DNA of 64,000 bases from an uncultured delta proteobacterium. Its GTDB lineage: Bacteria > Desulfobacterota > Binatia > DP-6. Shown one piece after another: positions 21,638-31,313 of this stretch. Position numbers and translations under genes: made by a program. The DNA lies in assembly GCA_963851365.1 (NCBI GenBank), contig CAWKPA010000006.1, positions 49,353 through 113,352 on the forward strand, written 5' to 3'. Position 1 is the stretch's first letter. Each line of letters opens with the position of its first letter. The notes beneath the pieces were generated by a model that saw only the letters and a program-made list of their open reading frames with translations, was not told the origin of the DNA and made no database searches.

Positions 21638-22948
21638 ATGCCAGGGGTGGACCGACGGGACGGAGCGGACCTGATCGTGGTCGGTGGAAGCGTGGGCGGG
21701 CTCGCGGCCGCCGTCACCGCAGCCGACCGCGGGTGCCATGTGGTCGTCGTCGAGCGCACCAAAGAGCTGGGCGGCGGCGCGGCGGCCGCGGGCGAAGCCG
21801 TGATCGCCGCTGGATCCCGGTGGCAGCGCGAGGCGGGCATCGAGGACGACGCCGCCCGGCTCGCCGCCGACCTCCTGGGCGCCGGCGCCCCGGCGGGGCG
21901 CGCGCCGCTGCTTCACGCCCTGGCCAACCAGAGCGCGGTCCTCGTCGAGTGGCTGGCCGATCGCTGCGGCACCACCCTCCAGCTGGTCCCTCCGAACCCC
22001 GCGACGCCGGGTCCGGCGCGGCGGCACGCCGCCGAGCAAGGCGGCGCCAGTCTGGTCGCCGCCCTGGCGCGGTTGGTCAGCCGACACCACCGGATCCGCG
22101 TGCGGCTGGCGACCGAGGCCACGGGGCTCCTGCGCGATGAGGGCGGCGGTGTCACGGGTGTCGCCGTCAAAGGTGACCGGCGCAGTCCGCCGACGGTCTC
22201 CGGCCGCGTGCTGTTGGCGTGCGGCGGCTTCGCGGCCGACGACGCACTGGTCGCCGAGCATTGCCCGAGCGCGGCGGGGCTGCCGGTGGGCGGCACGACC
22301 ACCGCGAGCGGCGACGGCCTGCGCTTCGCGCTTGCCGCCGGCGCTCGCACCGCGGGGCTCGACCGCTGCGCGGTGACGGCGCTCCTCGCCCTGCCTGTCC
22401 AGCTCGCGGCTCCCGCCGCCATGCTCGCCCTCGGCGCCGTGCTGGTGAACCAGGCGGGACAGCGCTTTGCCAGCGCCACCGACGACGGGCCGGCGCTCGC
22501 CGGCGAAGTACGCGCGCAGCCGGGGCACATGGCCTACCTGGTGTTCGACGACCGCATCGCCACCGTCGTCGGCGCCGACCCGTTCGTCGAGCACGTCCTG
22601 CTGCCGCGGGCAGCACGCCGCGGCGCGACCACCGCCGATCTGGCGAAACAGTTCGAGCTCGACCCGGAGGGCATCGCGGACTCCGTCGCCGCCACCACGC
22701 TCGTCCCGCCGTTGCGCGCCATCCGTGTCACCGGCGCGCGGCTGCGCACGCTCGGCGGCGTCGTCGTCGACGCACAGGCGCGGGTCCTCGACGCCGCTGG
22801 TCAGCCCATCTCCGGGCTGTACGCCGCCGGGGGCGTCGTCGAGTCACTCGGCGTGGAGCCGGACCTCGTGGCGCTGCACGCGCTCGGGCTGGGGCGCCTC
22901 GCGGCGCTCGACGTCATCGCGGTCGCAGCGGCCGCCGCCGACGCCTGA
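21638..22948 (+). CDS. FAD-dependent oxidoreductase (fumarate-reductase/KstD-like flavoprotein)
   Basis: N-terminal FAD-binding motif VVGGSVGGLAAA ... VVVVE and a C-terminal LYAAGGV motif. Confidence 0.7.
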   Translation: MPGVDRRDGADLIVVGGSVGGLAAAVTAADRGCHVVVVERTKELGGGAAAAGEAVIAAGSRWQREAGIEDDAARLAADLLGAGAPAGRAPLLHALANQSAVLVEWLADRCGTTLQLVPPNPATPGPARRHAAEQGGASLVAALARLVSRHHRIRVRLATEATGLLRDEGGGVTGVAVKGDRRSPPTVSGRVLLACGGFAADDALVAEHCPSAAGLPVGGTTTASGDGLRFALAAGARTAGLDRCAVTALLALPVQLAAPAAMLALGAVLVNQAGQRFASATDDGPALAGEVRAQPGHMAYLVFDDRIATVVGADPFVEHVLLPRAARRGATTADLAKQFELDPEGIADSVAATTLVPPLRAIRVTGARLRTLGGVVVDAQARVLDAAGQPISGLYAAGGVVESLGVEPDLVALHALGLGRLAALDVIAVAAAAADA

Positions 22949-22949
22949 G

Positions 22950-23180
22950 TCAGTGCGCCCGCTGCCGCGGCTGCCGCGCCGCGCCCGGCGTCACGCACAG
23001 GTTCACCAGGGCGAAGAACAGTTCGTCGATCGACTGGTAGACCCAGGGAGAGCTGCCGCCGGGCTCGTGGAAGTCGTCCGCCCGCGGGCTCCAGCCACGC
23101 AGGTCGTCGCCATACACGGGGTAGACCCCCGCGCCCACACGCAGGTAGGTGTGCGGTTGTTCGGCAAACGCGCGGTTCAT
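22950..23180 (-). CDS. small hypothetical protein
   Basis: 76 aa (MNRAFAEQPHTYLRVGAGVYPVYGDDLRGW...). The ATG overlaps the acyltransferase stop in an ATGA; it fills an otherwise 228-bp convergent gap. Confidence 0.35.
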   Translation of the reverse strand: MNRAFAEQPHTYLRVGAGVYPVYGDDLRGWSPRADDFHEPGGSSPWVYQSIDELFFALVNLCVTPGAARQPRQRAH

Positions 23181-24049
23181 CCGAAGAACACCGATCGGCG
23201 TCGATTCTTGAGCCGGGTGACCATGCCCTGCAAGCGCCGGCGAACCCGGACCGCCTCGTCGTGCGCCTCCCGGAACGGTCCGTCACCGGACGCGCGCAGC
23301 CGCATGGGGGCGCCGAAAGCAATGAACCACTTGGTGGGAAGCGGGAGAGCGCCCAGCGGCCCGAGCAGGGGGAAGAACGGGGTGAGCGGCAGATACGGCA
23401 CGCCGAGCGTCTTGCCCACGCTCTCCACCCGGCCGACCAGCGGGTAGATCTCTTCGGCGCCGACCACTGCGACGGGGACCACCGGCACGTCGCACTGCAC
23501 GGCGAGCCGGGCGAAACCCGGGCTGAACGCCCGGAGACGATAGCGCTCGCTGAACGGCTTCGCGACGCCCGAGACACCCTCGGGGAAGAGCAGCACGGCC
23601 TCGCCACGGTCGAGCAACGCGCGCGCGTTCTCTCGGCTGGCGACGACGCCCCCCACCCGGCGATAGAAGGTGTCCAGCGGCGCGACGCCTTCGACGAAGC
23701 GATCGTAGAGAAACCGCACCGCACGACGCCGGAGCGTATCGACCGCGGTGACGATCATCGCACCGTCGAACGGCAAGGCGCCCGAGTGGTTGGCCACCAG
23801 CAACACGGGCCCGCAGACCGGCACACGCGACGCCCCCGTCACCGCGACGCGCCAGTAGCGATCGTGCAGGAAGCGGCACGCGGGCATCATGGCCTGGCGG
23901 AACTCGAGGTCGAAGCCGAACGGGTCCGCGGGCGCGGCGCGCCGTGCCCCCGGCGCGTCGACCGCCACCGTCGTCGCCGGCTCGTTCACGCCCATGCCTC
24001 CGCTCTGCACGTCCAGCCTCTCGGGGTCGCCTATAGCCCGGGCATCCAA
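23177..24049 (-). CDS. 1-acyl-sn-glycerol-3-phosphate / lysophospholipid acyltransferase (PlsC family)
   Basis: Acyltransferase motifs VANHSGALPFDG and LLFPEG. Confidence 0.75.
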   Translation of the reverse strand: MDARAIGDPERLDVQSGGMGVNEPATTVAVDAPGARRAAPADPFGFDLEFRQAMMPACRFLHDRYWRVAVTGASRVPVCGPVLLVANHSGALPFDGAMIVTAVDTLRRRAVRFLYDRFVEGVAPLDTFYRRVGGVVASRENARALLDRGEAVLLFPEGVSGVAKPFSERYRLRAFSPGFARLAVQCDVPVVPVAVVGAEEIYPLVGRVESVGKTLGVPYLPLTPFFPLLGPLGALPLPTKWFIAFGAPMRLRASGDGPFREAHDEAVRVRRRLQGMVTRLKNRRRSVFFG

Positions 24050-24076
24050 CCAGGCACAAGGCAGCGTGCGGGAATT

Positions 24077-24493
24077 TCAGTCGAACGCAACCGTGGCCGT
24101 GCCGATGACGAGGCGCTCACCGTCGTCGCTCTCGAGCCAGACGTCGATCTCGGCGGTCCGCGCGGCGGCGTCGGTGTGCGTCACGGCGCCGCAGAGGCGG
24201 ATGGTCTTGTCCGGCAGGACCAGACCGCGGAACGTGGTGCCCAGGCGACGCAGCCGTCCCGGCCCGGCCCAGCCGTCGATCAGCGCCGTGAGGAGCCCCA
24301 TGCTCATGTTACCCGGGGTGATCATGCCCGGCAGCCCCTCGCGGCGGGCCGCCTCGTCGTCCGTGAAGCGGGGGAAGTAGTGATCGACCGCGCGCGCGTA
24401 CGCGCGGACCTGGTCCTTCGCCAGGAAGTGCTCGACCGGCCCCAGGTCGTCGCCCTCGACGACGTCGTCGAATCGGAGAGGCGCCACCGTCAC
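24077..24493 (-). CDS. MaoC-like (R)-specific enoyl-CoA hydratase/dehydratase, hotdog fold
   Basis: 138 aa with MaoC dehydratase sequence (GLPGMITPGNMSMGLL...). Confidence 0.8.
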   Translation of the reverse strand: MTVAPLRFDDVVEGDDLGPVEHFLAKDQVRAYARAVDHYFPRFTDDEAARREGLPGMITPGNMSMGLLTALIDGWAGPGRLRRLGTTFRGLVLPDKTIRLCGAVTHTDAAARTAEIDVWLESDDGERLVIGTATVAFD

Positions 24494-24927
24494 TCCCCCC
24501 CGCGATACATCATGCGGTTGTCGACGGTGGCGACCACCTCGTCGCGTTGATTCGTCAGGGTGACGCGGACCACCACGAACACCATGCTGCCGCTGCGACC
24601 CGTCTTCTCGTAGATGTCGTGCAGGGTGGATACGACGGTGATGCGGTCGCCTGGCCGGATCGGCACGCCGAAATCGATGTCCTTACCGGCATCGAAGCTG
24701 ACCCGCGATCGCAGGTCATCGGGAAGCGTGTCCGGGAAGAACGTACGCCCCCGGAAGCGCACGCAGTACGTCGGATGCGCGATCAGGTCGTCGCCGGGCT
24801 CGACATAGCACCGATGGCTTTCCCCGAGCGCCCGAGCAAAGGCGATGAGTTCCTCGGCGGGCACGGGGGGGTACTCGGTCCGGTCGAACTCCCGGTCGAG
24901 GATGCTGCGATCGAACTCGAGTGCCAT
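24490..24927 (-). CDS. MaoC-N-like hotdog protein (HadA-like partner subunit)
   Basis: 145 aa (MALEFDRSILDREF...). Its stop overlaps the catalytic MaoC start, giving a heterodimer-style pair. Confidence 0.65.
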   Translation of the reverse strand: MALEFDRSILDREFDRTEYPPVPAEELIAFARALGESHRCYVEPGDDLIAHPTYCVRFRGRTFFPDTLPDDLRSRVSFDAGKDIDFGVPIRPGDRITVVSTLHDIYEKTGRSGSMVFVVVRVTLTNQRDEVVATVDNRMMYRGGE

Positions 24928-24973
24928 GCGCCCCGGGACGCTAGGCAATCGACCGCCGCCTGGCAAGCGCGCG

Positions 24974-25162
24974 TCAGGCCAGGCCCCGCGGCTCGGAATC
25001 TCCCAGGAGCACGAGCGCGTTGAACGCCGCCTCCCATCGGCCCGCACGAGCATACGCCTCGATGGCGCTCGGCGTGATGCAGATGCTCCCGCCGGAACAT
25101 TCCCAGATCTCGACTTGGCGACCCGCGATCCAGATGCGCCGCCCCCGCTCTTCGACAATCAT
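24974..25162 (-). CDS. small hypothetical protein
   Basis: 62 aa (MIVEERGRRIWIAGRQVEIWECSGGSICITPSAIEAYARAGRWEAAF...); tightly linked to flanking genes in the same operon. Confidence 0.4.
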   Translation of the reverse strand: MIVEERGRRIWIAGRQVEIWECSGGSICITPSAIEAYARAGRWEAAFNALVLLGDSEPRGLA

Positions 25163-25182
25163 GTGCCGACTCCCCCAGGCGG

Positions 25183-25362
25183 TCACGCCGCTACGGTGGC
25201 GCGGGTGGCGTCCAGATCGAAACGCACGCCGCGGAAGTTGCCGCAAAGCTGCACCCGCCCGGAGTTCACCAGATGCACGACCGTGGCCACTACTTCGGCG
25301 TCGGTCTCTGCGATCTCGGACACGATCTCCACCAGGTCAAGCAACGTCGACTGTATCGCCAT
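25183..25362 (-). CDS. small hypothetical protein
   Basis: 59 aa (MAIQSTLLDLVEIVSEIAETDAEVVATVVHLVNSGRVQLCGNF...). A strong AAGGGAGGG Shine-Dalgarno precedes the ATG. Confidence 0.5.
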   Translation of the reverse strand: MAIQSTLLDLVEIVSEIAETDAEVVATVVHLVNSGRVQLCGNFRGVRFDLDATRATVAA

Positions 25363-25575
25363 CGTCCTGCCCTCCCTTTCGGCTACCCGATCCCCAAGCA
25401 ACTTCGGAGCCAGGCGTCCGGGAGAACCCGAGGCAGCCGGGAACGGCAGCGACCGGTCGCGGCAAGTCTCTGATTTCCCGACTGTTCCTCCACCACCCCC
25501 GCGATTCCGGCCGAACGCCCCGCGGTGCATCCGGCTGCAACGCGACTGCCACATCGCTGTGCAGGGGTGTTGGAA

Positions 25576-26532
25576 CTACACGACAGGTGTCGCCGAGGAC
25601 GGCGGGAACCGGATGTATTCGTCGATCAGCAGGAGCGCCAGCTCGGTACCGTCGGGCACCGTGTCGCCGAGTCTGCCACGCCGCCGGAGGTCGCCGAGCA
25701 GGTCCCGCATGATCCGCTCGCGGGTGAGGTCGTCGCCGTGCTCGGCGACCAGGCGCCGCTCGGCCTCGTCGCCGAAGCAGTACGCCTTCCACGAGACGGA
25801 GAACCGGATGTCGTCCCAGTGGTACCGGGCGACGGCGTCGTCGGCGGCGCCCACCCGCCAGCGATCGTTGCCATCGAACGTGAGTCGCATGCCGATCGCG
25901 AAGGCCGGCATGGCCGGGGCCGTCTCGGCTACCCGGTCGACGCCGTGGAACACGCTGTCGGTGTCGATGACGACTGCGGTGTTGTGCGCCGCCGGCACCG
26001 TGGCCGGCGGGCCGGCCGCGCCGTCGGGGTAGAAGGCGAAGTCGCCGCCGCGGCAGTCCCGGAACCACGACACCGCGGTCGCGATCGGCATGCGCCAGTG
26101 GTCGAAGAGCCCCGAGTGATGCATCACCACCAGCAGCCACTCGGGGTCCTTGGTGCGATTGGCGCCGCGAAACTCCGGGACGTCGGTGTGGACGGCCAAC
26201 TCCTGGCCGGGCACTAGGAGATTCGCGTACACGATCGCAGGCACGATCACCGGGCGGTCGTAGAGGGCGCGCGCCGCCGCCAGGAACTCCTCGTGCCAGA
26301 GAAACCCTTCGATGCCGTCGACCACCGGACGGTCGTAGGCGTACGTTTCGCGGAAGTAGTTGGTGCGCACCGCGAGCTGGTCGAACGTCTCCCGGCGCCC
26401 GAAGCGCCCGCCGGTGCGGATGTAGTTCATCGCGGCGTCGTGACGCTGGTAGAGCCCGCGGCCCAGCTCCTCCTCGATCGGCTGCTGGCCGTACATGCCG
26501 TAGCTGCCGAACTCCTCGCAGAGCCGGATCAT
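25576..26532 (-). CDS. hypothetical protein (possibly a metal-dependent oxygenase-like fold)
   Basis: 318 aa with protein-like composition and HTDVPEF / MHHSGLFDH motifs. No confident family assignment. Confidence 0.5.
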   Translation of the reverse strand: MIRLCEEFGSYGMYGQQPIEEELGRGLYQRHDAAMNYIRTGGRFGRRETFDQLAVRTNYFRETYAYDRPVVDGIEGFLWHEEFLAAARALYDRPVIVPAIVYANLLVPGQELAVHTDVPEFRGANRTKDPEWLLVVMHHSGLFDHWRMPIATAVSWFRDCRGGDFAFYPDGAAGPPATVPAAHNTAVVIDTDSVFHGVDRVAETAPAMPAFAIGMRLTFDGNDRWRVGAADDAVARYHWDDIRFSVSWKAYCFGDEAERRLVAEHGDDLTRERIMRDLLGDLRRRGRLGDTVPDGTELALLLIDEYIRFPPSSATPVV

Positions 26533-26642
26533 CGCCTCGGCGCCAGCAGCGGACAGGAGGGCGGGGAGATGCGTGTAGTGTGCGGGCACGGCAGAACTAT
26601 GGCACGACGGAACCCGGCGCGGGAAGCCGTCCCATCCCACGG

Positions 26643-29600
26643 TCACCAGGTGTCCACGCACGGTCGTTTCCGGCCGGTACGCGGGGGCGGCGGCGGCAGC
26701 GCACGGAGCGCGGTGCTCAAGCGCGTCCGCGTCTCGGCCGGGTCGATGACGTCGTCGATCTCGAACACCGACGCCATGTTGATGCCCTTGCCGTGCTCGT
26801 ACGCGCGCGCCACCATCTCCTCGAAGGCGGCGCGGCGGGCAGCGGGGTCCGCGATGGCCTCCAGCTCGCGGCGATAGCCGAGCTTCACCGCCCCTTCGAG
26901 GCCCATGCCGCCGAACTCGCCGGTCGGCCACGCGACGGTGAACACCGGGACGTGGAAGCTGCCGCCCGCCATGGCCTGCGCGCCGAGCCCGTAGCCCTTG
27001 CGCAGCACGACGGTGAAGATCGGCACCGTGACGCTGGCACCGACCACGAAGAGCCGGCAGCAATGGCGCACGAGCGCCGTCCTCTCCGCCTCGGGTCCCA
27101 CCATGATGCCGGGCGTGTCGCACAGCATCAGCACCGGCAGGTCGAAGGCGTCGCAGAGCTGGAGAAAGCGCGCCGCCTTGTCGGCGCCGTCGGCGTCGAT
27201 GGCGCCGCCGAGATGCGTCGGGTCGTTGGCGATCAGGCCCATCGGCCGGCCCTCGACGCGAATCAGCGCCGTCACCATGCCCCGGCCGAAGCGGTGGCGC
27301 AGCTCGAGCACCGAACCCTCGTCGGCCAGCGTGTCGATCACCGCGCGGACGTCGTAGGCGCGCAGCCGGTTCTCGGGGATCAGGTGGCGGAGCCGGCGCT
27401 GGTCGGCACACGTCCAATCCACCACCGGCCCCTGGAAGTACGCGAGGTATCGCTGCGCGACCCGGACCGCCTCCGCCTCGTCCGCCACCAGGACGTCGAC
27501 GACGCCGTTCGGCGCCTGCACCGACATCGGACCGACTTCCTCCGGCCGGAACACACCGAGCCCGCCGCCTTCGATCATGGCCGGCCCGCCCATGCCGACG
27601 TTGGCGTCGCGCGTCGCGATCACCACGTCGCACGAGCCGAGCAGCGCCGCATTGCCCGCGAAGCAGCGCCCCGCGACGACGCCGACCAGCGGCACCAGCC
27701 CGCTCAGGCGGCCGAAGAGGTGGAACGCCATCGTGTCGAGTCCGGCCACCCCCGGCCCGTCGCTGTCCCCGGGTCGCCCGCCGCCGCCCTCGGCGAAGAG
27801 CACGACCGGCAGGCGCCACTGCGCGGCGAGCTCGAACACGCGGTCCTTCTTGCGGTGGTTGTGCAGCCCCTGGGTGCCGGCGAGCACCGTGTAGTCGTAG
27901 GCCACCACCAGGCAGCGGGCGCGCTCCAGCCCCACGAGACTGCCGTTCACGCGCCCGATGCCGGTCACCAGCCCGTCGGCCGGCGTCCGCGCGATCAGAT
28001 CGTCGAGCGCGCGCCGGCGGCGCTGCGCCGCGACCACCAGCGAGCCGTACTCGACGAAGGAGCCCGGGTCGCACAGCTCCTCCACGTTCTCCCGCGCCGT
28101 CCGCCGGCCGCTCGCATGCCGGCGGGCCACCGCTTCGGGACGCGCGGCGTCCCGCGTGATCGCCTGGCGGCTGAGCACCTCCTCGAGATCGGGCCGCCTG
28201 GCGTCGAGGTCGACAACCCCGACGCTCCCGGTCGCGGCCACGCCGACGTCGCCCTCCTCGACGAAGGCGAGCGCGCTCCCTTCGAGCACCGTGTCGCCCA
28301 GCGCAACCAGGAAGCGCCGGACGACGCCGGCCACCGTGGAGGCGACGACGTGCTCCATCTTCATCGCCTCCAAGACCAGCAGCGGCTGTCCCGCGTGCAC
28401 CGGCTCGCCCTCACGGACTTCGACGCTCACCACGCTGCCCTGCATCGGCGCCGTCACCACTGCCGTGCCGGCCGGCGCCTCCGGGGCGCCGCCCGCCGCG
28501 GCGGGGGATGCGGCGGCCTTCCCGTGCGTCAGGACGGCCAGCGGATCGAGCGCATCGACGCGCGCGCCGGCCAACGCCGCCCCGCCCCCGGGCGCGGGCG
28601 CGCCCGGGACCGCGTCGTCCGCCGGGCCGATCAGCTCGGCGGCGTGCGCTTCGACGAAGCCGGTGTGCACCCGGTGCGCCGCCACGTCGGGGTGGCGCAG
28701 CAGGCGGCGCAGGAACGGCAGGTTGGTGGCGACCCCGGCGACGGCGCACTCGTCCGCCGCGCGAGCCGCCCGCGCCACCGCATCGGGGAACGCGCGCGAC
28801 GTGCTGTGCGCGACGATCTTCGCCAGCAGCGCGTCGAAGCGGGGATGCACGCGGGCGCCCGCACGCATCGCCGTGTCGACGCGGATCCCGGGGCCGCTCG
28901 GCAGCTCGAACGTCGTGACGACGCCGATCGACGGCCGCACGCCGCCCGCGGCATCGATCGTCTCCGCATTGACGCGCAGCTGAATCGCGAAGCCGCGGGG
29001 CGGCGGCGGCGCCGTCTCTGCCAGCTCGAGGCGATCCAGCGTCAGACCGCTCGCCAGCTCGAGCTGCAGCCGGACCAGGTCGATGCCGGTCACCGCCTCG
29101 GTGACCGTATGCTCGACCTGCAGGCGCGGGTTCACCTCCAGGAACGCGATCGCCGCATCGTCCCCCGGATCGGTCGCATCGACCAGGAACTCGACGGTGG
29201 CGAGGTTGTCGAGCCGCACCGCCCGGGCCAGAGCCAGCGCGGCCTCGAGCAGGCGCGCCCGCACGCCGTGGACCAGGCCAGGGCTGGGCGCCACCTCGAC
29301 GATCTTCTGGTGCCGGCGCTGCAGGCTGCACTCGCGCTCCCACAGATGGGTGACGGCGCCGCTGCCGTCGCCCGCCACCTGCACCTCGAGGTGCCGCGCG
29401 CGCGGCAACAGCCGCTCGACATAGAGCGCGCCGTCGCCGAAGGCCTGACGCGCCTCGGAGCGGCAGCGCGCCACCGCCTCGTCGACCTCGTCCGGCCGCG
29501 ACACCACCCGCATCCCGCGCCCGCCGCCCCCGACCACCGCCTTCACCACCGCGACGCCGCCGGGCCCGAGGGACGCGAGAAACGCGCGCACCTCGTCCGC

Positions 29601-30017
29601 GCCGACCGGAGCGGTCGACCCTGGCAACACCGGGACGCCCTGCTCCGCCGCCGTCGCACGGGCCCGCAATTTGTCGCCGAAGAGCTCGAGCAACTCCGGC
29701 CGCGGGCCGACGAACGCGATGCCGGCATCCGCGCACAGGCGGGCAAAGCCGGCGTGCTCGGACAGGAACCCCCAGCCGGGGTGAACCGCGTCGCAGCCGG
29801 CGTCGCGCGCCACGGCCACCAGCTGCGCGGCGTCGAGGTAGGCCGCCGGGCCGTCGCCATCGAGCGCGCGTACGTCGGGCACGTGGCGCACGTGCGGCGC
29901 GTCGGCGTCGTCCCGCGCGTGGACGGCGACGGCGTGGATGCCCAGCTCGGCCGCCGCCCGCGCGACGCGTACGGCGACCTCGCCGCGGTTGGCGATGAGA
30001 AGGCGCGTTGGAAGCAC
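26643..30017 (-). CDS. single-chain biotin-dependent acyl-CoA carboxylase (BC-BCCP-CT; long-chain acyl-CoA carboxylase-like)
   Basis: 1124 aa. The biotin carboxylase domain begins LLIANRGEVAVRVARAAAELG. The biotinyl domain carries EAMKMEH. The C-terminal carboxyltransferase domain has GGGRPGDSDG ... MGGPAMIEGGGLG. GTG start at 30017. Confidence 0.9.
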   Translation of the reverse strand: MLPTRLLIANRGEVAVRVARAAAELGIHAVAVHARDDADAPHVRHVPDVRALDGDGPAAYLDAAQLVAVARDAGCDAVHPGWGFLSEHAGFARLCADAGIAFVGPRPELLELFGDKLRARATAAEQGVPVLPGSTAPVGADEVRAFLASLGPGGVAVVKAVVGGGGRGMRVVSRPDEVDEAVARCRSEARQAFGDGALYVERLLPRARHLEVQVAGDGSGAVTHLWERECSLQRRHQKIVEVAPSPGLVHGVRARLLEAALALARAVRLDNLATVEFLVDATDPGDDAAIAFLEVNPRLQVEHTVTEAVTGIDLVRLQLELASGLTLDRLELAETAPPPPRGFAIQLRVNAETIDAAGGVRPSIGVVTTFELPSGPGIRVDTAMRAGARVHPRFDALLAKIVAHSTSRAFPDAVARAARAADECAVAGVATNLPFLRRLLRHPDVAAHRVHTGFVEAHAAELIGPADDAVPGAPAPGGGAALAGARVDALDPLAVLTHGKAAASPAAAGGAPEAPAGTAVVTAPMQGSVVSVEVREGEPVHAGQPLLVLEAMKMEHVVASTVAGVVRRFLVALGDTVLEGSALAFVEEGDVGVAATGSVGVVDLDARRPDLEEVLSRQAITRDAARPEAVARRHASGRRTARENVEELCDPGSFVEYGSLVVAAQRRRRALDDLIARTPADGLVTGIGRVNGSLVGLERARCLVVAYDYTVLAGTQGLHNHRKKDRVFELAAQWRLPVVLFAEGGGGRPGDSDGPGVAGLDTMAFHLFGRLSGLVPLVGVVAGRCFAGNAALLGSCDVVIATRDANVGMGGPAMIEGGGLGVFRPEEVGPMSVQAPNGVVDVLVADEAEAVRVAQRYLAYFQGPVVDWTCADQRRLRHLIPENRLRAYDVRAVIDTLADEGSVLELRHRFGRGMVTALIRVEGRPMGLIANDPTHLGGAIDADGADKAARFLQLCDAFDLPVLMLCDTPGIMVGPEAERTALVRHCCRLFVVGASVTVPIFTVVLRKGYGLGAQAMAGGSFHVPVFTVAWPTGEFGGMGLEGAVKLGYRRELEAIADPAARRAAFEEMVARAYEHGKGINMASVFEIDDVIDPAETRTRLSTALRALPPPPPRTGRKRPCVDTW

Positions 30018-31231
30018 TAGCCGCCATCCGCCCAGAAGGCCTCGACGTGCTCGAGGTCCCAGACGAACTCGTGCACCTCGACCGCGCGGCCGCCCGCGAA
30101 GCGGATGCGCAGGCACGTCGGGTTGTCGAGGACGCGCCCGTCCGGACGCCGGCCATGACCTCGAAAGAAGACGACCCCCTCGCGGTCGTCGGCGAGGACG
30201 CCCTCGACATTTAGCCGGAAGGTGCCCTCTGTGAGGGCGAGCACGCGTCCCAGGAACGCGAGGATGGCGTCGTGACCGGTGTGGTCGCCGGCGAGCGCCC
30301 CGCGCCGGCCCGGGAAATGCCAGGTGGCGTCGGGCGCGAAGGCCGCCCGAATCGCGTCGACATCGCCGGCCCGGAAGGCGTCGAACAGCGCGCGGATGCG
30401 CGCCACGTTCGGGTGGGCGGGCCGCACGAGGGCCGGCGCCCGGTCGGCGACGAGCGCCACGAGCGGCCCCAGCTTGGGCGGCGACGCCTCCAGCGTCACG
30501 CGCACGCCGTGCCCGTCGATCGCCTCGGAGCACACGGGCCCGATCGACGCGACGACGATCCGATTCAGCGCCGCACGCAGCGCCTCCGCGTCGGGCGCGA
30601 TCCGAAAGAGGTGCGCCACCTGCACCGCGCTGGTGAACACGGCCACGTCCAGCGCGCCCGCGACGAGCCCGGCGGCGGCGCGGTGCAACGGCCCGACGTC
30701 CTCGGGGAGGGCCCAGCGGTAGACCGGCACGCGGAGCGCGCGGAGCCCGCGTGCCGCGATCGCGTCGAGCAAGGCGGTGGGCGGGGCGCCGTACTCCTGC
30801 ACGGCCACCAGGCTTCCCGGGGGCAGCGACAAACCGTCGAGCACGGCCAGCGCTTCGCGCCAGGTGTGGGGCGCGGGCACCGGGCGGGCGCCGGCCACGT
30901 CCAGCTCGCGCAGCGCCGCCAGCGGCTTCGGGCCTCGCGCCACGACGGGGACGCGGCGCAGGCCGTCCAGGAGGCGGGGCGCCGCATCGCCCGCTGCCGC
31001 AGCCATGGCCCGGGTGCCGACGCCGGTCAGCAGGATCACCGCACCGAGGTCGCCGCGGTCGAAGTGGTCGATCAGCGCCTGCGTCGGACCACGCTCCGGG
31101 AGCTGCGCCTCGCGGAGTGCGGGCGCGCTCACGAGGGAGGCGCCGTGTCGGGCGAAGAGCTTCGCCATCTCGTCCGCGCGTCGCGCCTCGAAGGCGACGA
31201 TCCGGACCCCGTCGAGTGCCGCCGGATTCAT
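30017..31231 (-). CDS. HemD-like (uroporphyrinogen-III synthase fold) protein fused to a SnoaL-like/NTF2-like domain
   Basis: 404 aa. The N-terminal ~260 aa have two HemD-like half-repeats (ILLTGVGT... and VAVFTSAVQV...). The C-terminal ~130 aa look like a SnoaL/ketosteroid-isomerase-like domain. TAG stop at 30017-30019; the final G is shared with the carboxylase GTG. Confidence 0.55.
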   Translation of the reverse strand: MNPAALDGVRIVAFEARRADEMAKLFARHGASLVSAPALREAQLPERGPTQALIDHFDRGDLGAVILLTGVGTRAMAAAAGDAAPRLLDGLRRVPVVARGPKPLAALRELDVAGARPVPAPHTWREALAVLDGLSLPPGSLVAVQEYGAPPTALLDAIAARGLRALRVPVYRWALPEDVGPLHRAAAGLVAGALDVAVFTSAVQVAHLFRIAPDAEALRAALNRIVVASIGPVCSEAIDGHGVRVTLEASPPKLGPLVALVADRAPALVRPAHPNVARIRALFDAFRAGDVDAIRAAFAPDATWHFPGRRGALAGDHTGHDAILAFLGRVLALTEGTFRLNVEGVLADDREGVVFFRGHGRRPDGRVLDNPTCLRIRFAGGRAVEVHEFVWDLEHVEAFWADGG

Positions 31232-31313
31232 GCGGCACCCTGGTCGGCGACGGGGGAGCCTGTCAACCCGACGCGCGCTTGCTCGCGGTGCCCGGTCGGG
31301 ACAGTTTGCCCCG

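Noticed and set aside
22801-23724. 307-aa minus-strand ORF overlapping the acyltransferase in another frame
   Set aside because: It is Ala/Arg/Ser-rich with no motifs, while the acyltransferase frame carries HxxxxD-type motifs.
26643-31238. 1531-aa ORF implying a 400-aa N-terminal extension on the carboxylase
   Set aside because: The extension is R/G/P-rich junk that overlaps the HemD-like gene in another frame. The biotin-carboxylase domain starts at a GTG at 30017 immediately after the upstream TAG.
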